DNA of 64,000 nt from an uncultured Clostridia bacterium (GTDB taxonomy: Bacteria > Bacillota > Clostridia > Christensenellales > Borkfalkiaceae): contig CAKQRE010000016.1 in NCBI GenBank assembly GCA_934271265.1, forward strand, positions 21,135-85,134. The letters are read 5' to 3'. Position 1 is the first letter of the stretch; every line of letters begins with the position of its first letter. The notes beneath the pieces are model-generated. The model worked only from the letters and a program-made list of their open reading frames with translations, was not told the DNA's origin and did no database searches. Positions 8,180-15,418 of the stretch are shown one piece after another. The translations under genes and the position numbers were made by a program.

Positions 8180-8206
8180 CTCACGGTTATATGCCGTGAG
8201 TTTTTT
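8180..8206 (+). terminator. rho-independent terminator
   Basis: CTCACGG-ttatatg-CCGTGAG followed by TTTTTT. Confidence 0.6.
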
Positions 8207-8431
8207 GTTGCAAGGAGATGTTGCATATGTGCTAATTAAAAGACTTTGCGGACGGTCTTAAAATGTTCGCGCGTGGACAAAAGACTTTTCAAATGAAGCA
8301 TAAAGCGGAGTTTGTTTTGACGAAAAGTATAGCCCACTATACTTCGCAAGCGAAGTGTGGGCTCTGCCGAGAGCTTTTGACCACAGGAAGAAAGAAAAAT
8401 ATTATAAGGAGGAAATGAAAACATCAGTTAT

Positions 8432-9595
8432 TTGGTATGCCATATGGAGAAATATCATAAAACGGATATTTGTCCTATTGAAAAGGAAAACGAGAGAGAT
8501 GAAACTTACGAAACAAGCAATCCGCAGATAGACAGTGAACGAACAAAAGACAATTATCGCACGTTCGCTCGGTATTGTACTTATACGGAATTTATCAATA
8601 AGCGGATTGAACAACTGAACTTGCCCACAAAACCGAGAAAGGACGCCGTGCTTATGGCGTCCTTCGTTATCGGCTCGGACGGAGAGTTTTTCAAAGGCTT
8701 AACGCAAACGGAACAAGAAAGATTTTTCTATGAATGTACGCGCTACTTTGCGGAGAAATACGGAGAAGAAAATATCATATCCGCCGTAGTTCACAACGAC
8801 GAAACCACGCCGCACCTACACTTAAATCTTATGCCTATAAGGAACGGACGGTTGTGTTGTAAAGACTTGTTCAACCGCACGGAACTTACAAAATTGCAAA
8901 CGGAATTTCACGAGGCGGTAGGAAAGCGTTGGGGTTTGGAACGCGGACGTGAAGGCAGTCCGAAAAAGCATTTGTCCACAGCGGAATACAAAGCAAAGAA
9001 AATTATAATGAACGCTTGCACCGAAGCGGCAGACATCACAGATAAAGCCGAAGAAAAGTTGCAAACAATAACCCAAGCCGTTAAGAAAGCCGAAGAACAT
9101 TTTGACGATACGATTGAACAGATACATACCGCCAAAGAAGAACGGGACAACATAATAGCCGAACGGGATTCGGAAGCGGACTATTCGGCAGCATTGAAAC
9201 AGGCAAAGAACGGAGAGATTGCTCACGACAAGAACGGAATGAAAACGCAAATCGTCGCGCTTACGGTGGAGAACAAAAATTTGACCGAAGAAAACGAACG
9301 GTTGAAAAAAGATAATACATATCTATTCGATTGTTACCAAAAGGAAAAGAAAACGCACAACGACCACGACAAAGCGTTACGGGCAATTGCGCTGTTCAGA
9401 GAACACGAACCCGAAGCGTTTGCAAGAGTATTCTACCGGTCTACTTCGGTATTGCAACCGTTCATATCTATCGGACAACCGCCCGCACCGCTTGCGAGAA
9501 ACCGCCTACGCGAGATAGAGGAAGAAATAAAACGCGAACAAGAACAAAAAAATCTTACACCACGCAAGAATAACAACTACGGCAAAGCAGATTAG
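8432..9595 (+). CDS. mob: MobV-family (Mob_Pre) relaxase
   Basis: VVHNDETTPHLHLNLMPI (HxDE...PHxH) and N-terminal ...EKENER...NPQIDSERTKDNY align with pMV158 MobM motifs. The start is ambiguous: TTG 8432, ATG 8444 or non-canonical ATC 8423. Confidence 0.85.
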   Translation: MVCHMEKYHKTDICPIEKENERDETYETSNPQIDSERTKDNYRTFARYCTYTEFINKRIEQLNLPTKPRKDAVLMASFVIGSDGEFFKGLTQTEQERFFYECTRYFAEKYGEENIISAVVHNDETTPHLHLNLMPIRNGRLCCKDLFNRTELTKLQTEFHEAVGKRWGLERGREGSPKKHLSTAEYKAKKIIMNACTEAADITDKAEEKLQTITQAVKKAEEHFDDTIEQIHTAKEERDNIIAERDSEADYSAALKQAKNGEIAHDKNGMKTQIVALTVENKNLTEENERLKKDNTYLFDCYQKEKKTHNDHDKALRAIALFREHEPEAFARVFYRSTSVLQPFISIGQPPAPLARNRLREIEEEIKREQEQKNLTPRKNNNYGKAD

Positions 9596-9628
9596 AAAAA
9601 CAAAGTCGTATTAATATTCTGCAAACGC

Positions 9629-9657
9629 TTGACTCTTTCGTCGTTACTTGCTATAAT
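9629..9657 (+). promoter_or_regulatory. sigma-70 promoter (TTGACT-17-TATAAT)
   Basis: Near-consensus hexamers with a 17-nt spacer. Followed by the 24-bp near-palindrome at 9662-9685, then RBS GGAGG. Confidence 0.5.
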
Positions 9658-9702
9658 AACAATGCGGCGTATAAATACGACGCATATATTTTGGAGGTTA
9701 TT

Positions 9703-9981
9703 ATGGAAAAGAAAGACAGAGCGGTTAAAGACAAGCGTTATGAGGACAGACACAAGGAAGAACGAAAATCCAAGTGTATGGTATGGGGAACGAGCGTACC
9801 GAGAGAGAAAGCCGAAAGAATAAACGAATTTTTGAAAAAGTACGGCTACACAAAGGTACAGTTAATCGAAGCGGGATATGAAGAATTATTAGCCCGACAC
9901 GACACCGACTTTGCAAAGCTCAAAGACGGTTACGATGATTTTTTCGGTTTTGAGGAAATCGAAAAAAAGAAAACCGAATAA
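9703..9981 (+). CDS. small RHH-like protein (possible regulator or directionality factor)
   Basis: GGAGG lies 5 nt upstream of ATG 9703. KSKCMVWGTSVPREKAERINEFLKKYGYTKVQLIEAGYEELL has a beta-strand/helix/helix pattern. It sits directly upstream of the recombinase. Confidence 0.45.
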   Translation: MEKKDRAVKDKRYEDRHKEERKSKCMVWGTSVPREKAERINEFLKKYGYTKVQLIEAGYEELLARHDTDFAKLKDGYDDFFGFEEIEKKKTE

Positions 9982-10236
9982 CTATTAAATCTTTTCGCAT
10001 AAGGAGGAACACGCGATGGAAAGAGAACATAGTATTCAAAGCTATAAGGACGCGGAATAATTCCGAGTAAACGTCCGAATAAGGATACTTGAACAAAAAA
10101 CAAATTACATATAGCAATCTTAATAGAGATAAAGAAAAAGACAACTTTAATGCGTTCATTGATACAATGGCGCAACTTATAAAAAAATACGGCGACAAAA
10201 TATTAGACGTCGCTTCAACCGATACGGAGAAGAACA

Positions 10237-11907
10237 ATGAATCGAGAAGGTAAAAAGTGTATTTTATATCCGCGAGTAAGTACCGAAATGCAAGTAGAGG
10301 GGTATAGTCTTGACGGACAGAAAAACAGTTTGAAAAGATTTGCCGAACGGGAAGAAATGCAAATAGTCGGAATCTACGAGGACGCGGGTAAGTCGGGAAA
10401 GTCGATAGAAGGGCGTCCGGCTTTTAAGCGGATGCTCTCCGATATTCAAGAAGGGCTTGAAGTGGATTACGTTTTAGTCTACAAACTTTCCCGTTTCGGC
10501 AGAAATGCCGCCGATATTCTTAATTCGTTGGAATTTATTCAGTCCTACGGCGTGAATCTGCTTTGCATTGAGGAAGGAATAGATTCTTCGCAGACAAGCG
10601 GAAAACTTTTGATTTCGGTTTTGTCTGCGGTTGCCGAGATAGAGCGCGAGAACATTCTCGAACAGACTATGAATGGACGCAGGGAAAAAGCTCGGCAAGG
10701 CAAGTGGAACGGCGGTCCCGCTCCGTATGGGTATAGTTTGAAAGACGACACGTTGGTTATAGAAGAAGATGAAGCGGAAATCGTACGGACGATTTTCGAT
10801 AAGTTCGTTCATACGAATATGGGCTATACGGGAATAGCGAAGTATCTTAATTTGCAAGGAATTAAAAAGACGCCGCGCAAGAAAACCGACATTGAAGAAT
10901 TTAGCGCGCATTTTATCAAGATACTTTTAGATAATCCCGTTTATTGCGGTAAGATCGCTTATGGAAGAAGAGCGCGGGAAAAAGTAAAAGGCACAAAAGC
11001 CGATTACAAAGTCGTGAACAAGCAAGATTTTTGTTTGGTTGACGGCTTGCACAAAGGAATTGTAGATGAAGAGCTTTGGGCAAGAGCGCACGAAAAAAGA
11101 CAGGAAACGGGAGTTAAATCTGAATCCAAATACGGCAAAGAGCGCGCTCATTTGCTTACGGGAATTATCAAGTGTCCGAAGTGCGGTAGCGGGATGTACG
11201 CCAACAGAGTTTGCTGGACGAAGAAAGACGGTACGTATAAAGAAGTTATGTATTATGCTTGCAGTCGCAACAAACAAGAGCGCGGGCATTACTGCGATTA
11301 TAGCGCAAACCTTAAAAAGACGGATATCGAGCCGCTCGTTATAGAGTTTATCAAAGATTTGGTGCAGGACGAACACTTTGCCATCGAGATAAAAAAGAAG
11401 ATAGGTTTGCAAGTCGATACTACGAAAATCGATACGGAAATAAGCAACTACGAAAGTAAGTTAAAGGAGGTGGAATTAAACAAAGCGAGATTGGAGCGTG
11501 AAATCGACTCGTTGCCGATAGATGCTGCGCACCGTGAAAGGAAATTGCACGATATGACTTTAAGGCTTGACGCATTATACGATACGATTGCGGAAATCGA
11601 AGAAAAAGTTGAAGATGCAAAACTACGAAGAAAGTCGGTGGAAGCGGAATTCATCACGAGGGAAAATATTTATAAAATTTTAGAGCATTTTGGGGAATTA
11701 TATGATATAATCAGTGAAGAGAAAAAGAAAGAGTTGATTGCGACTTTGGTCAAAGAAATTCAAATTTATCCCGACGGGGAGAGCGATACTCCCTTAAAAT
11801 CGATGAAATTCAACTTTCCCGTGTATAAAGACGGGCAAGAAGTAAACGAAATCTTTTTGGATAAGCAGACTAACGTCGAGACGCTCGTCGTGCTTTCCAG
11901 GCTTTAA
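10237..11907 (+). CDS. large serine recombinase
   Basis: N-terminal resolvase domain (ILYPRVSTEMQ...SLDGQ), recombinase domain and zinc ribbon (CPKCGS...YYACS). The last 10 codons (VETLVVLSRL) are the displaced rumA 3' end. Confidence 0.9.
   Translation: MNREGKKCILYPRVSTEMQVEGYSLDGQKNSLKRFAEREEMQIVGIYEDAGKSGKSIEGRPAFKRMLSDIQEGLEVDYVLVYKLSRFGRNAADILNSLEFIQSYGVNLLCIEEGIDSSQTSGKLLISVLSAVAEIERENILEQTMNGRREKARQGKWNGGPAPYGYSLKDDTLVIEEDEAEIVRTIFDKFVHTNMGYTGIAKYLNLQGIKKTPRKKTDIEEFSAHFIKILLDNPVYCGKIAYGRRAREKVKGTKADYKVVNKQDFCLVDGLHKGIVDEELWARAHEKRQETGVKSESKYGKERAHLLTGIIKCPKCGSGMYANRVCWTKKDGTYKEVMYYACSRNKQERGHYCDYSANLKKTDIEPLVIEFIKDLVQDEHFAIEIKKKIGLQVDTTKIDTEISNYESKLKEVELNKARLEREIDSLPIDAAHRERKLHDMTLRLDALYDTIAEIEEKVEDAKLRRKSVEAEFITRENIYKILEHFGELYDIISEEKKKELIATLVKEIQIYPDGESDTPLKSMKFNFPVYKDGQEVNEIFLDKQTNVETLVVLSRL
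11875..11898 (+). repeat. attR core (GTCGAGACGCTCGTCGTGCTTTCC)
   Basis: Matches 4842-4865 at 21/24 positions, in the same codon phase within the recombinase ORF. Confidence 0.7.
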
Positions 11908-11915
11908 TTGCGCAA

Positions 11916-11987
11916 AGTTTGCACTCATGTGTGCAAACTCTCGATTCTGTGTGCAAACTTACGATTCTGTGTGCAAACTCGTATTTT
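11916..11987 (+). repeat. iteron-like array: one inverted plus three direct GTGCAAACT copies, 20-bp period
   Basis: AGTTTGCAC (11916-24) is inverted to GTGCAAACT (11931-39). TGTGTGCAAACT recurs at 11928, 11948 and 11968. Confidence 0.7.
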
Positions 11988-12093
11988 GTCGGCGAAAAAG
12001 ATCGCCGATCGCGCAATGCGGAAGCGGATCGATAATACCACGGCGAACGGCGGCGAATAAAACGGTATAAAACGATTTTCACAAAAATTTTGC

Positions 12094-12122
12094 TTGATTT
12101 TTCCTGCGATTTGGTATACAAT
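12094..12122 (+). promoter_or_regulatory. candidate sigma-70 promoter for degV
   Basis: TTGATT, 17-nt spacer, TACAAT, about 65 nt upstream of ATG 12187. Confidence 0.4.
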
Positions 12123-12186
12123 GAAAGTAGAAAAATTTCGGAAACGCAACGGGTATTCCGTCGTTGCGGGGGAATAGAGGATCATT

Positions 12187-13038
12187 ATGAAAAAAATAGC
12201 CGTTTCGATCGACAGCGCATGCGATCTGAGCAAAGAACTGATTGAAAAATACGATTTTGTGATCGTTCCGTTCGGGGTCACGATGGGAGACAGGTTTTTC
12301 TATGACGGGGAAGTCCCGGTGCAGGAAATCTTCGATTATGCCGACAACAATAAAACCTTGCCGAAAACCAACGCCGTGAACGAAGAAGCTTTTACCGAAT
12401 TGTTCGATCGTTTGCTGAAAACGCATGACGCCGTGATTCATTTCGATATTTCGAGCGATATGTCGAGCGCATACAACAACGCGGTAAACGCGGCAAAAAA
12501 GTTTAAAAACGTTTACGTGATCGATAGCCGCACCCTTTCTACCGGCATCGCCTTAGAGGCGATCTATGCCCGCAAACTTGCGGATGAAGGGGTTTCTCCG
12601 GAGGAAATCGTGAAAAAAGTTACGGCGAGGATCCCTTCCGTTCAGGCAAGTTTCGTGATCGAGCGGCTTGACTATCTGTATAAGGGCGGAAGGTGTTCGT
12701 CACTGGCGCTTCTCGGCGCGAACCTTCTCAAGATCCGTCCCGAGATCGAAGTGAAAGACGGTAAAATGGGGAATACGAACAAGTTCCGCGGCAGAATGAC
12801 GGACGTTGTGGAAAAATATTGTCGTGCTACGCTTGAAAAATATAACACGCCGGATAAATCCGTACTGTTTATCACGCACAGCGAGGCGATCCCCGAAATG
12901 GTGGAGGCGGCGAGAAAGGTCGTCGGCGAATACGGGTTCGAAAACGTTTACGAAACAAAGGCGGGATGTACCGTTTCGAGTCACTGCGGAAAAAATACGC
13001 TCGGTATTCTTTATATCAACGACGGACAGCAGGAATAA
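12187..13038 (+). CDS. degV: DegV-family fatty-acid-binding protein
   Basis: 283 aa. MKKIAVSIDSACDLSKELIEKYD...VPF... and overall length fit the DegV family. Confidence 0.85.
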   Translation: MKKIAVSIDSACDLSKELIEKYDFVIVPFGVTMGDRFFYDGEVPVQEIFDYADNNKTLPKTNAVNEEAFTELFDRLLKTHDAVIHFDISSDMSSAYNNAVNAAKKFKNVYVIDSRTLSTGIALEAIYARKLADEGVSPEEIVKKVTARIPSVQASFVIERLDYLYKGGRCSSLALLGANLLKIRPEIEVKDGKMGNTNKFRGRMTDVVEKYCRATLEKYNTPDKSVLFITHSEAIPEMVEAARKVVGEYGFENVYETKAGCTVSSHCGKNTLGILYINDGQQE

Positions 13039-13179
13039 TCTTTTCCCGCGTTCCGCGCTTGCGGGCGTTTGCATAATCGGTGCGAAAATCGTTCATAATA
13101 AAATCGTCCGGTCGGATTTTTCGTTACTTTTACTTCGGTAAAGGGGATTCGGAAAACGCCGGAAAGGAGGATTTTATCG

Positions 13180-13341
13180 ATGGATCAGATGAATCAGGGT
13201 ATCAGATGCGACGTAAACGCTTGCGAACACAACTGCAACGGCATGAGCTGCTGCCTCGGCACGGTGAAGATCACCTGCGACTGTACGGGTTGCACTTGCT
13301 GCGGCGATTTCAAGAACAAGCGTACGGAAGAGCATTATTAA
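13180..13341 (+). CDS. DUF1540-like cysteine-rich small protein (not in the ORF track)
   Basis: My translation is MDQMNQGIRCDVNACEHNCNGMSCCLGTVKITCDCTGCTCCGDFKNKRTEEHY (53 aa). RBS GGAAAGGAGG lies about 9 nt upstream. The C-x-V-x2-C-xHN pattern is DUF1540-like. Confidence 0.6.
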   Translation: MDQMNQGIRCDVNACEHNCNGMSCCLGTVKITCDCTGCTCCGDFKNKRTEEHY

Positions 13342-13431
13342 CGGTTGAAAGGGCGACTTTCCGACAGGCTTAGCATTTTTGCCGATTTTTTGCGACGAAC
13401 GCTAAGCCAGAGGATCGCCCGGGATAAAATT

Positions 13432-13478
13432 CCCCGCGGGGTCGTTCGGCGGTTGCCGTGCGAAATCGCGGGGTTTTT
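13432..13478 (+). terminator. possible terminator
   Basis: CCCCGCG ... CGCGGGG followed by TTTTT. The large internal loop lowers confidence. Confidence 0.35.
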
Positions 13479-13508
13479 GTTTCGAACGAAAGAGTTTCGG
13501 GAGATTTT

Positions 13509-14558
13509 ATGACGGAATACGAAAGATTGCAGGCGGGGGCGGAACGGATCGTCGAATGGTTCCGCAAAAATCGCAAAAGCCTTCCGTGGAGAGAAAACAT
13601 AACGCCTTATAAAGTGTGGGTCTCGGAAATCATGCTGCAACAGACGCGCATCGAAGCCGTGATCCCTTATTACGATCGATTTTTGCGGGAGCTTCCGGAT
13701 ATCGCTTCGCTTGCCGCCGCGGAAGACGACAGACTGATGAAGTTGTGGCAGGGGCTCGGATACTATACGCGGGCGCGGAATTTAAAGAAAACGGCGGCGA
13801 TCGTTTCCGAAAAATACGGCGGCGAATTGCCGTCCGACGCGAAAGAATTGCGGCTTTTGCCCGGGATCGGCGATTACACGGCAGGGGCGATCGCTTCCAT
13901 TGCGTACGGAAAAGCGGAACCTGCGGTAGACGGCAACGTGATGCGCGTGTTTTCCCGTCTGAACGCGGACGGGGGAGATATCGCCCTGCCCGAAACGAAA
14001 AAGCGGATCACCGAAGCCTTACGAAAGGTTTATCCGGTCGGCGAAGACGCCTCTTTTTTAACGCAGGGCATTATGGAAGTCGGAGAGCTCGTTTGTATTC
14101 CGAATGGGGAGCCTCTATGCGGGAAATGCCCGATCGCCGATCTTTGTTTAGCAAAAAATAGAGGGTTAATCGACTTATACCCGATCAAATCTCCGAAGAA
14201 GGAGCGAACGACGGAAGAGCGAACGATCCTTGTGTATCGGTGCGGCGACTTTTTTTCCGTGGAGAAACGGGAAGAAAAAGGACTTCTTGCGGGGTTGTGG
14301 CAATTCCCGAACGTGCCCGGGAAGCTCGGCGAAGACGAGGCTTTGAATTCTGCTTGCGGCGCAGGCGTTCTGTCCGTTCGTCCTCTCGGCGAGAGCGTGC
14401 ACGTTTTTACCCATAAGGAATGGCATATGACGGGATATCTTATAGAAGTGAAAGAAATGCCGCCCTCGTTCGAAAAGGCGACGAAGGAGGATATTCTGAA
14501 AAAGTATGCGATCCCTTCGGCGTTCCGGCATTACGTAAAAGCCGTTCTTCGCGCGTAG
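13509..14558 (+). CDS. mutY: A/G-specific adenine DNA glycosylase MutY
   Basis: LPWRENITPYKVWVSEIMLQQTRIEAVIPYY, a GLGYYTRARNL HhH motif, an Fe-S Cys cluster (C..C..C) and a NUDIX-like C-terminus. Start chosen at MTEYERL. Confidence 0.85.
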   Translation: MTEYERLQAGAERIVEWFRKNRKSLPWRENITPYKVWVSEIMLQQTRIEAVIPYYDRFLRELPDIASLAAAEDDRLMKLWQGLGYYTRARNLKKTAAIVSEKYGGELPSDAKELRLLPGIGDYTAGAIASIAYGKAEPAVDGNVMRVFSRLNADGGDIALPETKKRITEALRKVYPVGEDASFLTQGIMEVGELVCIPNGEPLCGKCPIADLCLAKNRGLIDLYPIKSPKKERTTEERTILVYRCGDFFSVEKREEKGLLAGLWQFPNVPGKLGEDEALNSACGAGVLSVRPLGESVHVFTHKEWHMTGYLIEVKEMPPSFEKATKEDILKKYAIPSAFRHYVKAVLRA

Positions 14559-14684
14559 AGAAAGCGGCGTTATTCCGGCGGAAGGTAAAAAAAGGATCTT
14601 GTATTCTTTGAATAACGGTTAAAGGCTCTCCGTCTGCGGGCGAAAAACAAGGCGCGGTTTCCATCCTTTTTTTCGCAGAGCGGG

Positions 14685-15296
14685 TCATTCCGATTCCGAG
14701 GTTTCGTTCGTTTGCGGGTCGGAAGATTTTCGTTCCGATTGGGGGAAAACGGCGGTGACCTTCGGTGCGATTTTGCGGAGCGGGGTCGCATAAAACAGAA
14801 TCGTTCCGGCAACGGCGCCCGTGCCTGCCTGAAGAATTTCGAACGGAAGTTTCAGCATAGAGCTTTGCCACGTTCCGTAAGTGTAGGCTCTGCCGACCGT
14901 GTATCCCGCGACCATGAGGATCGCGCCTGCGAGAACCCCGACGATCGCCCGCCAGAGTTTCGGCGTTTCGCCGCGGTAGCCGTGCGCGATGAGGGAGATC
15001 GCGATCGCCTCGATCCCGTGCGAAACGAGGGAGACGAACATTGCGGCGGGATAGAAGAGAAGGTCGCCCAGAAACGCGCCCACGCCGCCTACGATAAAAG
15101 CGGAAAGGGGATCGAGAAAGAGAGCGGCAAAACAGATCGCCACGTCGTTTAAATAAAGGTGTCCGCCGGGAACGGTAATGCTGAACGAACTTAATGCAAC
15201 GTTCAGGGCGGTGAATAAGGCGACCACGCAGATCTTGCGGGCGGATCTGAAGCCGATCCCGCGTGAGGACCCGTGGTCGTTTTTCTTTTCGGACAT
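14685..15296 (-). CDS. ECF transporter S component (substrate unknown)
   Basis: 203 aa with about 6 TM helices. The LYLNDVAI...GDLLFYPAAM...HGIEA pattern is typical of ECF S components. Confidence 0.6.
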   Translation of the reverse strand: MSEKKNDHGSSRGIGFRSARKICVVALFTALNVALSSFSITVPGGHLYLNDVAICFAALFLDPLSAFIVGGVGAFLGDLLFYPAAMFVSLVSHGIEAIAISLIAHGYRGETPKLWRAIVGVLAGAILMVAGYTVGRAYTYGTWQSSMLKLPFEILQAGTGAVAGTILFYATPLRKIAPKVTAVFPQSERKSSDPQTNETSESE

Positions 15297-15326
15297 ATCG
15301 AATTTTTCTCCGTTTATATTTGTCTT

Positions 15327-15362
15327 GCGGCGGATCGAAGGGATAACCGACCGATCCGCCGC
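15327..15362 (-). terminator. stem-loop downstream of purL
   Basis: 11-bp GC-rich stem GCGGCGGATCG/CGATCCGCCGC. There is no clear U-tract. Confidence 0.4.
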
Positions 15363-15418
15363 GCAGAAGGGAAAGAGGAAATGACAGCTGATCGTGATAA
15401 AGCTGCCCTATAAGCCGA

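Larger units (their letters stand above)
4842..11898 (+). mobile_element. integrative mobilizable element (serine recombinase + MobV relaxase) inserted in the rumA 3' end
   Basis: Bounded by 24-bp imperfect direct repeats (21/24). The interior is visibly AT-richer and encodes a relaxase, a recombinase and an oriT-like hairpin, but no conjugation machinery. Confidence 0.75.

Noticed and set aside
11928-11987. A check of whether the short tandem repeats here and at 33088-33143 could be CRISPR arrays.
   Set aside because: There are only 2-3 units, with no unique spacers of CRISPR length and no cas genes.
15297-15418. Possible preQ1, THF or other riboswitch upstream of the ECF S-component gene.
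   Set aside because: Only about 120 nt are available, and most of it is the purL-distal GC hairpin. I could not fit the preQ1-I loop/tail pairing or any other aptamer consensus.
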